40,000 nucleotides of DNA, taken from an uncultured Alphaproteobacteria bacterium. GTDB taxonomy: Bacteria; Pseudomonadota; Alphaproteobacteria; Rhizobiales; Rhodomicrobiaceae. The stretch lies in contig CAWCTL010000005.1 of assembly GCA_963798575.1 (NCBI GenBank), forward strand, positions 1,392 to 41,391, read 5' to 3'. Both the position numbers and the translations under genes were made by a program. The number at the start of each line of letters is the position of its first letter. Within the stretch, counting starts at the first letter, position 1. The notes beneath the pieces were generated by a model that worked only from the letters and a program-made list of their open reading frames with translations, made no database searches and had not been told where the DNA came from. This document shows, piece after piece, positions 8,956-17,963 of the stretch.

Positions 8956-10191
8956 ATGCGCGACAAGCTCACGGATACAGCGATCCGCAACACAAAGCCG
9001 CGGCCGAAAGAATTCAAGCTTTCGGACGGCGGCGGTCTTCATTTGCTCATCCGGCCGAACGGCTCGAAGCTATGGCGCTTCCGTTACCGCTACGATGGAA
9101 AAGAGAGCATGATCGGGCTGGGAAGCTACGAGCTTGGCTCGCCTGATCACGTTCCGCTCGCTATGGCGAGAGAGCGTTGCTTTGATGCGCGCCGCCTTTT
9201 GAATGCGGGGCAAAATCCGTCGAAGGTTCGCAAAACGCCAGCACTGGCCAGTGGCGCGGCGGACCATCTACCCGGGCACACTTTCGAGAGCGCCGCTCGC
9301 CAGTGGGTGGAATCCCGAAAAAAATCTCTCACACCGAAATATGCGCGGGCGATCAACGGGCGCCTTGAGCGCCTTGTTTTTCCCAAGATTGGCCAGCGGG
9401 ACATCGCAAGCATTACGGCGCCGGATCTGTTGAAGCTAATCAAAGAGATCGAGAAAGAGGCCGTTTATCTCGCAAGGCGGGTGAAAACCATTTGCGGACA
9501 GATTTTCCGGTATGGCGTCGCGCATGGATGGTGCGAGCGCGATCCGAGCCGCGACATCAACGACGGTCTAGCGATGCGGCCACGGGTAAAGCACCGGGCA
9601 TCTCTGAAGGCGAGTGAACTGCCCGATTTCTTCAGCCGGCTAAACCACTATTACGATGGCTACGAGATTACGAAACTTGCAATGCACTTCATCATCCTGA
9701 CGGCGGTCCGGACAGATGAACTCCGCTTTGCGCCCTGGAGCGAAATCGAGAATTTGGAAGGTGAGGCGCCGCTATGGCGAATACCACCGGAGCGCATGAA
9801 GATGACACGGCCCCATTTGGTGCCGCTCGCGCCCCAAGCCGTGGCAATTCTCAAGCGAGCCCGCACCCTTTACCCCGAGTCGAAGCTTATTTTTCCAAGC
9901 CAAGAGAGCCGCACCGGCTTTATGAGCGAGAACTGTCTCCTCTATGCGATCTATCACCTCGGTTTCAAGGGCAAGGCGACCGTCCACGGCTTCAGGAGCA
10001 CGTTCAGCACAGTTTTGAATGAGAACGGCTTTAGCAGCGACTGGATAGAGCTGCAGCTTGCGCATTCAGAAAATAACGACGTGAGGGCTGCTTATAACGC
10101 GGCGCAATGGCTTCCGCAGCGGCGGGAAATGCTGGAATGGTGGGCGGCCTACCTTGATAAACACGCAAGTTACGCCGAAACTACGCAATAG
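8956..10191 (+). CDS. int: Tyrosine integrase, P4-type with DUF4102 arm-binding N-terminus
   Basis: N-terminus LTDTAIRNTKPRPKEFKLSDGGGLHLLIRPNGSKLWRFRYRY is the DUF4102 signature. C-terminal catalytic region has HGFRSTFST...LAHSE...AYN. Confidence 0.9.
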   Translation: MRDKLTDTAIRNTKPRPKEFKLSDGGGLHLLIRPNGSKLWRFRYRYDGKESMIGLGSYELGSPDHVPLAMARERCFDARRLLNAGQNPSKVRKTPALASGAADHLPGHTFESAARQWVESRKKSLTPKYARAINGRLERLVFPKIGQRDIASITAPDLLKLIKEIEKEAVYLARRVKTICGQIFRYGVAHGWCERDPSRDINDGLAMRPRVKHRASLKASELPDFFSRLNHYYDGYEITKLAMHFIILTAVRTDELRFAPWSEIENLEGEAPLWRIPPERMKMTRPHLVPLAPQAVAILKRARTLYPESKLIFPSQESRTGFMSENCLLYAIYHLGFKGKATVHGFRSTFSTVLNENGFSSDWIELQLAHSENNDVRAAYNAAQWLPQRREMLEWWAAYLDKHASYAETTQ

Positions 10192-10364
10192 ACATGTACA
10201 ATACGTTTTATGTGCGTAGTATACTTTAGGTAGTTATCGAGTATTAGTGGAGGATTTTCGATTATTCGTGCAGTGTTTATAAAAAATGTAGACTTTTTTT
10301 CTTGCATTCGCTGTCCTGAATTGGCACATTCCGCCAGTAGTCAAATTTAGGTCGAGCAAAAACG

Positions 10365-10652
10365 ATGAAAGTCCAGGAAGATCAAAACCACCCAGTTCGC
10401 GACCGAATCCTGCGCCAGGCCGCGGTCGAGGCCAAGGTTGGGTTCAAAAAGACGAAGCTTTTCTATCAAATCGCTGAAGGAAATTTTCCCAAACCAATCG
10501 CTATTGGGCCGCGATCCGTCGGGTGGCGCGAATCTGAGATCGATGCGTGGATCGCAAAACTTCCGCGGGCCGGCCGCCAGAACGCCATTCTCGATAAGGC
10601 GCGGGCGGCTCGTCGCTGTAATCGTAATAATCAAGCAACTCCGGCCGCATAA
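10365..10652 (+). CDS. alpA: AlpA-family excisionase / transcriptional regulator
   Basis: ILRQAAVEAKVGFKKTKLFYQIAEGNFPKPIAIGPRSVGWRESEIDAWI matches the AlpA/MerR-type HTH. An AT-rich promoter region lies upstream (10192-10364). Confidence 0.8.
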   Translation: MKVQEDQNHPVRDRILRQAAVEAKVGFKKTKLFYQIAEGNFPKPIAIGPRSVGWRESEIDAWIAKLPRAGRQNAILDKARAARRCNRNNQATPAA

Positions 10653-10773
10653 GGCACAAAACCGCTATGCGCGCACCGGTCAAGCAGGCCAGCCACTGTG
10701 GCCCACTGTGCCAATGCGTGCAGCTCAAAGCTTTTCCCGAGCGAGCCGAGGTGCAATCAAGAGGAACGGTCAA

Positions 10774-11073
10774 ATGGTCTTCAACGAATCACTGCGGCGC
10801 CCCTCAAAAAAACAGAAACAGGCGACGGCCACTGTGGAGGCCACACCGGCAAGCCGCTGTGAGCGCTGTGCTAGCCGCGCTCCGCTCCCGGCCTATCTCT
10901 GCATTAAGTTTCCTGACGGCGGCATCTGGCAGCGCGTCGGAGTCCGCGGCTCCTGGGCCGTTCGCAGGCATCTCGACATCTTGGCGGGCAAGGGCTTTTT
11001 GAAGCAACGTCGATACCGGAAGCCGCGCGACATTGCGCCGAATGAAGGGGGAGGCGGCGCGCTCGCCGCATAG
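10774..11073 (+). CDS. Hypothetical small protein (possible winged-helix / Cys-pair)
   Basis: This is the 3' part of track ORF 10438..11073; the 5' part overlaps alpA out of frame. ATG at 10774 with GAGGA 8 nt upstream and GC-rich third positions. No recognisable family. Confidence 0.4.
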   Translation: MVFNESLRRPSKKQKQATATVEATPASRCERCASRAPLPAYLCIKFPDGGIWQRVGVRGSWAVRRHLDILAGKGFLKQRRYRKPRDIAPNEGGGGALAA

Positions 11074-11349
11074 ACAGCAACAATCGCATCCTGAAATGCA
11101 AAACGCCCCCCTCGATGGCAGGGCGTCTAACGTGTTTGTGTGTGTGTGTCTGGTTGTCAGTTTCGCGTCAGTACTTGCTCAATTGTACCGCGTGAGCCGA
11201 CTCAATTCTGCTTGCTCAGGGCAGGAGAGCCAAACTGCAACTGGTCTAAGGTCTACGAAAGGTCAGTAACGGCAATGAATGATAACCCGAAAATAGAGAT
11301 TCGGTAGCGCCGTTGCAAGTCTTTTTGTGGGGCTTTGAGGGCACACCAC

Positions 11350-12570
11350 ATGGAACTTTCAACAGAAACGTGGCGTGAGGGATACGCCGCTCAACAGCCG
11401 CCGATCAGTTTTGCCGAGATCGAAGGCAGGTCTTTCAACGAAAGCCGCGACCGGGGGCCTCTGAAGGAGCGCTTTTTCGCATCGCTGCCCAAATTCCCGT
11501 TTTGCAGTGACGATCTCAAAAATCACGGCTCTTGGCGCGAGCCGAAAAGCAAGGCGATCACGATGCCGTTCATCGGGCCGAACACTCGCGGCCTAGTAAG
11601 CACCATCAACGTCGACCTCGACTATGAGGATGCCGCCTTCGCTTGGGAAGAGGCGAACGTCACGCCTCCGAACTGGATAACCAAAAACCGGCACAATGGC
11701 CGCTGTCACTACGGCTGGCTTATGGAGCATCCAGTTTCAAGGGGGATGAATAGCAGCCCGCGCGCAATCAATCTTTACGAGTTTGTGCGGCGCGGGCTGA
11801 CCGTTCGCTTGAAGGGTGACCGCAACTATTCGCACATTCTAACCAAAACCCCGGATCACCCGAAATATCAGACGACGTGGCTGTCCAGTAAGCCCCACAG
11901 CCTGCTGGACTTTCTTGTGTTTCTTGAGCCGGAGGACATGCACCATTGGAAGCGGCCAAAGCAGGACGGAAACGAGTTTGCCGAGCGCGGCCGGAATTGC
12001 AGCCTGACAAGCGACCTTGCGAAATTCGGGCTCAGGCAAGCGCTCAAGTGCCAGGACGCTGGCCACGGATTTCACGACTTCGCAAAACGCATGCGAGCCT
12101 ATGCGTTCGACCTGGATAGCAGTTTCGCCGAGACGCTTGGCGTCCGGGAGGTTCTGGGCATCGTCAAGTCAGTTACGCCGTGGGCTTGGCAGAGCGCTTC
12201 GCACAGCGTGTTCTCTGAAATCCAACGCTTGCGGGCCTTCAAACGCTGGTATGGCCACGTTTCGGCTGAGCGCGAACAGCCTTGGATGGCTCTAGGGGTC
12301 GGCAGACGCACCTGGTACTACCGGAAGGCTAAAGGCCTACTCGCCCCCAAAAAGGGGCGTCTATCTGATAAGGCATTGTGCAACGAGCAGTCTAACTATC
12401 TATCTGAGCATCCACTGCGCGGCTTTTCTGAAATCGCGAACGGCCGAATTTCCGCCGAAGCATCAAAACCCTGGAAGCAAGCGAACGTCTCGCGGGCGAC
12501 TTGGTATTCCAAAAGGGCGAGCGGCTTGCTGGTGCCTGAAATCACGTCGCATGAAAGGTCATCGTCATGA
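11350..12570 (+). CDS. Replication initiation protein (Replicase/PriCT_1 primase-like type)
   Basis: INVDLDYEDA...NGRCHYGWLMEHPV...GDRNYSHILTKTPDHP...ERGRNCSLTSDLAKFGLRQA resembles the plasmid/island Replicase + PriCT_1 arrangement, recalled from family knowledge. ATG at 11350 with GAGGG 7 nt upstream; the track start at 11335 is TTG. Confidence 0.75.
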   Translation: MELSTETWREGYAAQQPPISFAEIEGRSFNESRDRGPLKERFFASLPKFPFCSDDLKNHGSWREPKSKAITMPFIGPNTRGLVSTINVDLDYEDAAFAWEEANVTPPNWITKNRHNGRCHYGWLMEHPVSRGMNSSPRAINLYEFVRRGLTVRLKGDRNYSHILTKTPDHPKYQTTWLSSKPHSLLDFLVFLEPEDMHHWKRPKQDGNEFAERGRNCSLTSDLAKFGLRQALKCQDAGHGFHDFAKRMRAYAFDLDSSFAETLGVREVLGIVKSVTPWAWQSASHSVFSEIQRLRAFKRWYGHVSAEREQPWMALGVGRRTWYYRKAKGLLAPKKGRLSDKALCNEQSNYLSEHPLRGFSEIANGRISAEASKPWKQANVSRATWYSKRASGLLVPEITSHERSSS

Positions 12571-12893
12571 GCAACGGCAACACCATTTTCGACCCGCACA
12601 AGCGCATCAAAAAACGCGCGCCGACGCCCGCCGAGATCGAGCGCGTCAAAATGCAGACCCTTAGAGCCATGGCATCGATCGGCGGGGAGAACGCCATTAG
12701 CCTGCTCGTTCCCATGCTCGGATCGTTTCTGTGGAGTGAGCATCTACCGGCAAGCGGGCCGCACTTCGACGACTTCGCGGACGAGCTCGCCCGCACACTC
12801 AGCATGCAGATTGAAACCTTGGAAGCTGATGCAGCCGCACTAGCAACACCCACACGCACACAATTGAAAGGAAACCGCCATGCGTGGCATTGA
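12567..12893 (+). CDS. Hypothetical protein
   Basis: 108 aa. ATGA overlap with the rep stop and coding-like third-position GC. No recognisable motif. Confidence 0.55.
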   Translation: MSNGNTIFDPHKRIKKRAPTPAEIERVKMQTLRAMASIGGENAISLLVPMLGSFLWSEHLPASGPHFDDFADELARTLSMQIETLEADAAALATPTRTQLKGNRHAWH

Positions 12894-13333
12894 GACGGCA
12901 TTCTGGGGCGTGCTCGGAAAAGACCCCGAACTGAAGACGTCGAAGACCGGCAAGGCTTTCGCGACCATGAATGTTGTCGTGACCGTCGGCCAGTCCGCAA
13001 CAAAGACGTCAGCCAGTGGCTTCGCGTTGCCTGCTTCGGCCAGACTGCGAGCGCATCGGCGCAAACTGCGCGAAAGGCGATCGCGTTTACTGCGAAGGCA
13101 ATTTGACACTGAACACCTGGAACGACAAGACAACCGGCGAGACAAAGACCGGCTTAAACGTCGCGGCGTTCACAGTGACGAAGGTGGCGGCTATCGGCAA
13201 GAACCGGCCTCGCCGGGAAAACGGACGCGAGATCGGCCCGGCAGAGTTTGCGGGACCGGCACAGAGAGAAAAGCCGCGAGTGCAAGGGCGTGATGATTTC
13301 GATTTCGAACGCGGCGACGTGATACCGTTCTAA
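12880..13333 (+). pseudogene. ssb: Single-stranded DNA-binding protein, frameshifted
   Basis: SSB-like sequence is spread over three frames: MRGIETAFWGVLGKDPELKTSKTGKAFATMNVVVTVGQS (frame of 12880), QWLRVACFGQTA (from 13014), and ERIGANCAKGDRVYCEGNLTLNTW...DDFDFERGDVIPF (frame of 13016). The last ends in the canonical acidic D-I/V-P-F tail. Confidence 0.7.
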
Positions 13334-13348
13334 CCGGAGGCTGAGCGA

Positions 13349-14110
13349 ATGAAAAAGACAATGCCGGCCGCGAAGAAGGCCAAACCGGCCAGCGTGGCGC
13401 CGCAAGAGGAAAAGCCGGAATACAAGCCCACGCCGCGAGAGCAAGAGGCGTTGGAAGCCCTCAAAGCCGCACGCAAAGCCCGCAAGCCATCGGCAAGCCT
13501 GGAGGTCAAAAAAGGCGCATCTGGCGGGGCCAATATCAGGTTTGACCACAAAGACGATTTGACTGGCCAATTGCTTTTCATGCAAGCGATCGGCACCACG
13601 GATTTTGATTTCTGCGCAGGCATTCTAAAGCAGATCGTGAACACCAGCAGCCAAGGGCGCGAGCCTGACGAAGCGGCGGTAAACTTCGTGCTTTCCATCA
13701 TCAAGGGCATTGAGCCGAGAGACCAAACGGAGGCGATGCTTGCCGCGCAAATGGCCGCGACGCACATGGCAACAATGACGTTCGCGCGTCGCCTCGCGCA
13801 TGTGGACAACATCACGCAGCAGGACAGTGCGCAGAACGCCTTCAACAAGCTAGCGCGGACGTTCACGACGCAAATGGAGGCCTTGAAGCGCTACCGGAGC
13901 ACAGGGCAGCAAAAGGTGACCGTGGAGCACGTCACCGTGAACGCTGGCGGGCAAGCCATTGTCGGCAACGTCTCACACGGCACACCGGCGAATGATGCCG
14001 GGCAACCTCCATCTGTCCCGCTGGCAGTGATCACGGCTCCGAGCCAAACGCCTCTACAGCTACCGGGAGGGGGAGGGGTATCTCTTGAAAAGGTGCGGTT
14101 AACCTCATGA
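13349..14110 (+). CDS. Hypothetical protein (island-conserved type)
   Basis: 253 aa with a Lys/Ala-rich N-terminus. Good codon bias and GGAGG upstream. No family assigned. Confidence 0.7.
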   Translation: MKKTMPAAKKAKPASVAPQEEKPEYKPTPREQEALEALKAARKARKPSASLEVKKGASGGANIRFDHKDDLTGQLLFMQAIGTTDFDFCAGILKQIVNTSSQGREPDEAAVNFVLSIIKGIEPRDQTEAMLAAQMAATHMATMTFARRLAHVDNITQQDSAQNAFNKLARTFTTQMEALKRYRSTGQQKVTVEHVTVNAGGQAIVGNVSHGTPANDAGQPPSVPLAVITAPSQTPLQLPGGGGVSLEKVRLTS

Positions 14111-14361
14111 AACGGCACTATTCCTTTGAAAAAGCGCCGAGATGTACGGCCACGTCGAAGCGCACAAAGCAGCGTTGCGGAGCGCCTGCCGAGCGTGGCT
14201 GTAGCGTTTGCCGGTTTCATGGTGCGCGTGGTGGAGCTCCAAAAGGAAACATGCACGGCAGGTACAAACACGGCATGTTCACGAATGAGAGCATTGAGCG
14301 CCGCCGCGAAGTCGCTGGCTTGATACGGCAATGCCGGGAAACCATGGAGGCGATCCAATGA
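14107..14361 (+). CDS. Small Cys-rich protein with HG..GGAP.GN..G..KHG motif
   Basis: ATGA overlap with the upstream gene. CTATSKRTKQRCGAPAERGCSVCRFHGARGGAPKGNMHGRYKHG resembles small proteins seen in alphaproteobacterial phage-like elements. Confidence 0.65.
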   Translation: MKRHYSFEKAPRCTATSKRTKQRCGAPAERGCSVCRFHGARGGAPKGNMHGRYKHGMFTNESIERRREVAGLIRQCRETMEAIQ

Positions 14362-14561
14362 CGGTCACAACAAGAGAACCCGTCACGCCAAAGGGAGCGG
14401 TGGCGCGGAACCTCCGCTGGCGAGCAAAGAACCTTGATCACCATCGGCAATATCACGCGGCATACATGCGCACCTGGCGCGCCAGAACCGGGCAAAAAGC
14501 GGCGCGCTCTCACCCTGTTAATACAGCGCAAGAACAGCGAAGCCGTCACGCTACGCAATAA
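14358..14561 (+). CDS. Hypothetical basic protein
   Basis: ATGA overlap at 14358. 67 aa and Arg/His-rich. Weak support. Confidence 0.45.
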   Translation: MTVTTREPVTPKGAVARNLRWRAKNLDHHRQYHAAYMRTWRARTGQKAARSHPVNTAQEQRSRHATQ

Positions 14562-14593
14562 TTTCTTCGCGCCCATAAAAAAGGGCTGAAACG

Positions 14594-15031
14594 ATGCTGA
14601 AACTGAAGCCGCGCCTCGATCTCCATCAGCACCCGCGAAAGCTCTTGCGGTGGAAGAGCTGCACGGTATGCAGCAAGCCCTTCGTTGGTCATTGCGCCTC
14701 GCGTCAATGTTCTGACCCTTGCCGTGCGGAAGCTGTTCGAGCACGAGGCCGCGTGTCGTCGCAAAGGATCAGAGACGCCCGCCGCGAGCCATTGCCTGAC
14801 ATGCCTTGCTTGTGGTGCCGGAAGCCGATGCAGCGCGAGCGCTCCACAAGGCGAACGTGCTCTGACGCTTGCCGGAAGGCGCTTTCCAGATTTGAGCGCG
14901 CACGCAAGAAGACGCGCCGCCGCGCGGGATGCGAGCGACCCGGCGCTGGGCACCATGGAGTTGATGGTAAATCGGCAGGAACAAGGGCCGGAAACCGCGC
15001 TTTCAGCCGACAGGGCGGGCGAAACCAATGA
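14594..15031 (+). CDS. Hypothetical protein with two Zn-ribbon-like C-x2-C...CSD-x-CR motifs
   Basis: CTVCSKPFVGHCASRQCSDPCRAEA and CLWCRKPMQRERSTRRTCSDACRKAL are duplicated Cys motifs. The alternative frame 14685..15170 was judged less protein-like. Confidence 0.55.
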   Translation: MLKLKPRLDLHQHPRKLLRWKSCTVCSKPFVGHCASRQCSDPCRAEAVRARGRVSSQRIRDARREPLPDMPCLWCRKPMQRERSTRRTCSDACRKALSRFERARKKTRRRAGCERPGAGHHGVDGKSAGTRAGNRAFSRQGGRNQ

Positions 15032-15384
15032 AGCCACCGCGCGAACCTCAAAGCAAAGACGCGCAGGACACCATGAAGTTGATGGCAAGGCTCCGCGGCT
15101 TCATGAGGCAACAAAAGCTCACTCGCGGGGCGATGGCGGAAGTTCTCAAGACGCCGCTACGGACTCTTGATGGCTGGCTCGATCACGGAACGACGCCGCC
15201 GGCTTGCCTCCTTCCGCTCATGGACCTCCTCGAAAGCCGCTCGCAAGTTCGGACCTGGCTTGGCGTCAAAACAAGCACACGCAAAGCCGAGCCGCGCGGC
15301 CGGCCGTTTCGCCGGGGCAATGAATGGCGCTTCGGCGACCTGCGCCGCGACGAGGCGCCGGCCGGGTCACGCCTGGATGATTGA
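15028..15384 (+). CDS. Putative HTH regulator
   Basis: ATGA overlap at 15028; an internal ATG at 15073 (MKLMARLRGFMRQQKLTRGAMAEVL) is an alternative start. Same general architecture as the ORF at 23559. Confidence 0.55.
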   Translation: MKPPREPQSKDAQDTMKLMARLRGFMRQQKLTRGAMAEVLKTPLRTLDGWLDHGTTPPACLLPLMDLLESRSQVRTWLGVKTSTRKAEPRGRPFRRGNEWRFGDLRRDEAPAGSRLDD

Positions 15385-15514
15385 GTTTATCCAGCGGCAC
15401 AAAAAGAACTGCTCGACTTGGCGCCTCGCAAAACCAACGGCAGGATTACGGCAAAGTTGATGAGGCCACCACGGCGCTGGACAAAGCCTAGAATTTTGGC
15501 GATGTGTTAAGTAA

Positions 15515-16435
15515 TTGCACGGAACGGTCATGCACAAGTCAGTTGATGATGCGCCAAAGCTCGCCCCGTGGCGCCGAGCGATGATTATTGCCAAAATGGG
15601 GCTGCTTTGGTGCGGCGGTGTGCTGTTCTTGATCGAGGCGGCCGGGCATCAGATACAGTACTCGTCAAGCTGGGCATTCGTCCCGCTGATAACCACGGCA
15701 CTGGCCCTGCTACCACCCAGCCGCGCATTCCTTTCTCGATTGTTGGGCTGGAAGGCTCCGCGGACAGCGCTCATTGTGCTTCTGATTGGCGGCACCGGCG
15801 TCTCAATGATGGTCATGGATGAGGCAAGAAGGAAAGACACTGTGGCGGTGGCCAAGGGCTTTGCCTCTGACGCTGAAATGACAAGAGCCGCGTCGTTCGG
15901 GTTGACCTCCTCCGCCGATCTATCTGCACACGACGCAAAGGAGAAAGTCAAAGCGGAAGAGGCTGCCGCTAAGGCTGCGGCGGAAGTAGCGGAAGCAGAG
16001 CGTAAAACGCCAATCACCAAGTGCGAAAACCTCCCTTATTCCGCATCGATCGAGACGTTTACAAACTCGCAAACTACCGTCGTTTGCCGGGAGATGTTGC
16101 GAGTTTTGGAAGGCGTCACGGTCGAAGACCTGAAGACCTTTGAGAAAGCGGTCTATTTACTGTCCGCCAAGGGGTACAAGACCGATGCTTACAAGCAAAT
16201 CGCTGCGGAGCTCGTCGATATAATCCGCCTCCGCGGGCTTTATGACCACGAGCCCAGATGGAAACCCACTATCGAAGTTGTTTGGAAAAGCTTTTCAGCG
16301 TTCAATGGCGTTGTAACGCCCGCTGACGTCGAACTTTTTCTAAGCAGTGCCGGTCCAATGGCGAAGACGCTTTCGGATGACGGCCTGCTATCCATGATCA
16401 TCGTCATGAAAAGGCAATACCAGCGTGGCGAGTGA
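15515..16435 (+). CDS. Membrane protein with N-terminal TM helices, an Ala/Glu/Lys coiled coil and a soluble C-domain
   Basis: Hydrophobic segments (MGLLWCGGVLFLIEAAG, WAFVPLITTALALL, ALIVLLIGGTGVSMMV) are followed by KEKVKAEEAAAKAAAEVAEAERK. The start is uncertain. Confidence 0.65.
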   Translation: MHGTVMHKSVDDAPKLAPWRRAMIIAKMGLLWCGGVLFLIEAAGHQIQYSSSWAFVPLITTALALLPPSRAFLSRLLGWKAPRTALIVLLIGGTGVSMMVMDEARRKDTVAVAKGFASDAEMTRAASFGLTSSADLSAHDAKEKVKAEEAAAKAAAEVAEAERKTPITKCENLPYSASIETFTNSQTTVVCREMLRVLEGVTVEDLKTFEKAVYLLSAKGYKTDAYKQIAAELVDIIRLRGLYDHEPRWKPTIEVVWKSFSAFNGVVTPADVELFLSSAGPMAKTLSDDGLLSMIIVMKRQYQRGE

Positions 16436-16772
16436 AATAAAAGGCCGCCGCGCAGTCCTGGCCGAGGAGCCGGAAATCGTCGATCTGCCACGTGATGCCT
16501 ATCACTGGAGCGAGAAAACCGCCGAAACGCCAGCGGCGCAAGCGCGCGAGGCGCTCGGCTTCTCGGATTGGATGCTGTTCATCACGGCTGCCGCGGTGCT
16601 GATCGAGTTCGCGACCGGGCGCCATGGGCTCGCCGGAGGCCTTGTGCTGTTCGGGGGGGGTATCAGGCTGAAACTGTTGTTACTCGATCGAGTGAGTACC
16701 CGCGTGCCAGACTGGCTTCTTTTCGCGATCCCGACCGCCTTGGTATGGGCGGTGCTCCTGCTGCTGATGTAG
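16425..16772 (+). CDS. Small membrane protein
   Basis: GTG start overlapping the upstream gene by 11 nt. Hydrophobic segments MLFITAAAVLIEF, LAGGLVLFGGGI and LLFAIPTALVWAVLLLLM. Confidence 0.45.
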   Translation: MASEIKGRRAVLAEEPEIVDLPRDAYHWSEKTAETPAAQAREALGFSDWMLFITAAAVLIEFATGRHGLAGGLVLFGGGIRLKLLLLDRVSTRVPDWLLFAIPTALVWAVLLLLM

Positions 16773-16833
16773 CCCTCGGCGTAGGAACAGGCGTCACCTT
16801 TCATTGACAACATAGCCTAGAAGCTATACATTT

Positions 16834-17202
16834 ATGACTTGGAAAATAGAATTCGACGATGCGTTCGAGGCAGAGTTTGCGGCTTTGGCGGTTGATGTTC
16901 AAGATGCTTTGCTCGCCGCGGCCAAGTTGCTGGCCGAATATGGGCCGCTACTGAAGCGGCCGCATGCGGATACGCTCAACGGCTCGAAGCACGCCAATAT
17001 GAAGGAGCTGCGGTTTGAAGCTGCGGACGGCGAATGGCGGGCCGCCTTCGCCTTCGATCCCAATCGCAAGGCGATCCTGCTTGTGGCTGGTGACAAATCC
17101 GGCGGAAGCGAAAAGCGCTTCTATAGGCAGCTCATCGCAAAGGCGGACAGGCGGTTTTCTGCACACCTGGAATGCCTGAAGGCCGCGAAGAAGGGAAAGT
17201 GA
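16834..17202 (+). CDS. Type II toxin, RelE/ParE superfamily (HigB-like, toxin-first operon)
   Basis: MKELRFEAADGEWRAAFAFDPNRKAILLVAGDKSG..KRFYRQLIAKADRRF matches the Gp49/HigB-like toxin pattern. It lies 1 nt upstream of an XRE antitoxin gene. Confidence 0.8.
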   Translation: MTWKIEFDDAFEAEFAALAVDVQDALLAAAKLLAEYGPLLKRPHADTLNGSKHANMKELRFEAADGEWRAAFAFDPNRKAILLVAGDKSGGSEKRFYRQLIAKADRRFSAHLECLKAAKKGK

Positions 17203-17203
17203 C

Positions 17204-17575
17204 ATGGGCCGGAACCTGAGCGAGATCATAGCCGAACTCCCGCCTGAGCGGCAGGAGCACATCGAAACGCGCTATCAGGAACTCAGGCAGGAAGTGGAGA
17301 GCTTGCGCAAGCTGCGGCAGATTGCGGGCAAGGCTCAGGCCGATATCGCAACCGCCCTAAAGATCAAGCAGCCATCGGTGTCCAAGATCGAAAAGCAGGC
17401 TGATATGTACCTATCGACTCTGCGCGGCTACGTGCGCGCGATCGGTGGCGAGCTAGAACTGACGGTAAGACTGCCGGACCATCCAGCTTTGCGGCTTCAG
17501 CACCTCAGCGATGCGCTTGGACATACGCCGCGAAAGGCAAAACACAAGACTCGCAAACGGCGCGTTGCTGCTTAG
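17204..17575 (+). CDS. XRE-family HTH antitoxin (HigA-like)
   Basis: LRKLRQIAGKAQADIATALKIKQPSVSKIEKQADMYLSTLRGYVRAIGGELELTV is an HTH_XRE-type domain positioned directly after the toxin gene. Confidence 0.8.
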   Translation: MGRNLSEIIAELPPERQEHIETRYQELRQEVESLRKLRQIAGKAQADIATALKIKQPSVSKIEKQADMYLSTLRGYVRAIGGELELTVRLPDHPALRLQHLSDALGHTPRKAKHKTRKRRVAA

Positions 17576-17946
17576 GCACTACGCGGCTGCCGTTTCGCCT
17601 TCGCTTGCGGCAACTCCATCACATCCCTGCGCCCCAAGAGCCAATCAATGGAGATCTGGAGGCGATCGGCGACATTTGCGACGTGGTACGCACGCGAGTA
17701 CGCACCGTCGCGCGCGTGCGAGGGCTTAGGCCGTAGCGCGTACTCCCGGCCCGGTGGCGCAGCGCCCTTGTGTTATCCGGCCGATGTCACTGGCGGCAAG
17801 GTTTTGGACTGGCGCAAGGCACACGAGACAAATGCGGCGGCAAACTGATGGCAACGCTCTCTGAGCATGGACTTGGCCAGCAATCTATCATGGCGATGCG
17901 CGCGCGGCATGGGCTTCGAAGCGCTGGGGGCCCCTACACCGAGCAT
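17572..17946 (-). pseudogene. Degenerate XRE/cI-like regulator
   Basis: The minus-strand frame ends ...VANVADRLQISIDWLLGRRDVMELPQAKAKRQPRSA, a typical XRE C-terminus. It is interrupted by an in-frame TAA at 17773-17775, and an HTH-like stretch (LAASDIGRITQG) sits in another frame. Confidence 0.3.
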
Positions 17947-17963
17947 GCTCACGTAAAGTTACA

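Noticed and set aside
10438-11073. 211-aa plus-strand ORF
   Set aside because: Its 5' half overlaps alpA in another frame and reads as low-complexity basic sequence. Only the 3' part from ATG 10774 was kept, as a low-confidence gene. The competing ORF 10667..11002 looks non-coding.
11130-11155. Short (TG)n run after a hairpin (ACGCCC...GGGCGT) downstream of the 10774 ORF
   Set aside because: It has only about 6 units and is intergenic. It is probably part of a terminator region, and there is no evidence of phase-variable function.
14946-14956. CTGGGCACCAT match to the tRNA-derived att core
   Set aside because: Only 11 nt match, it lies inside a coding region, and no integrase is adjacent. 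This is a chance match rather than a fourth att site.
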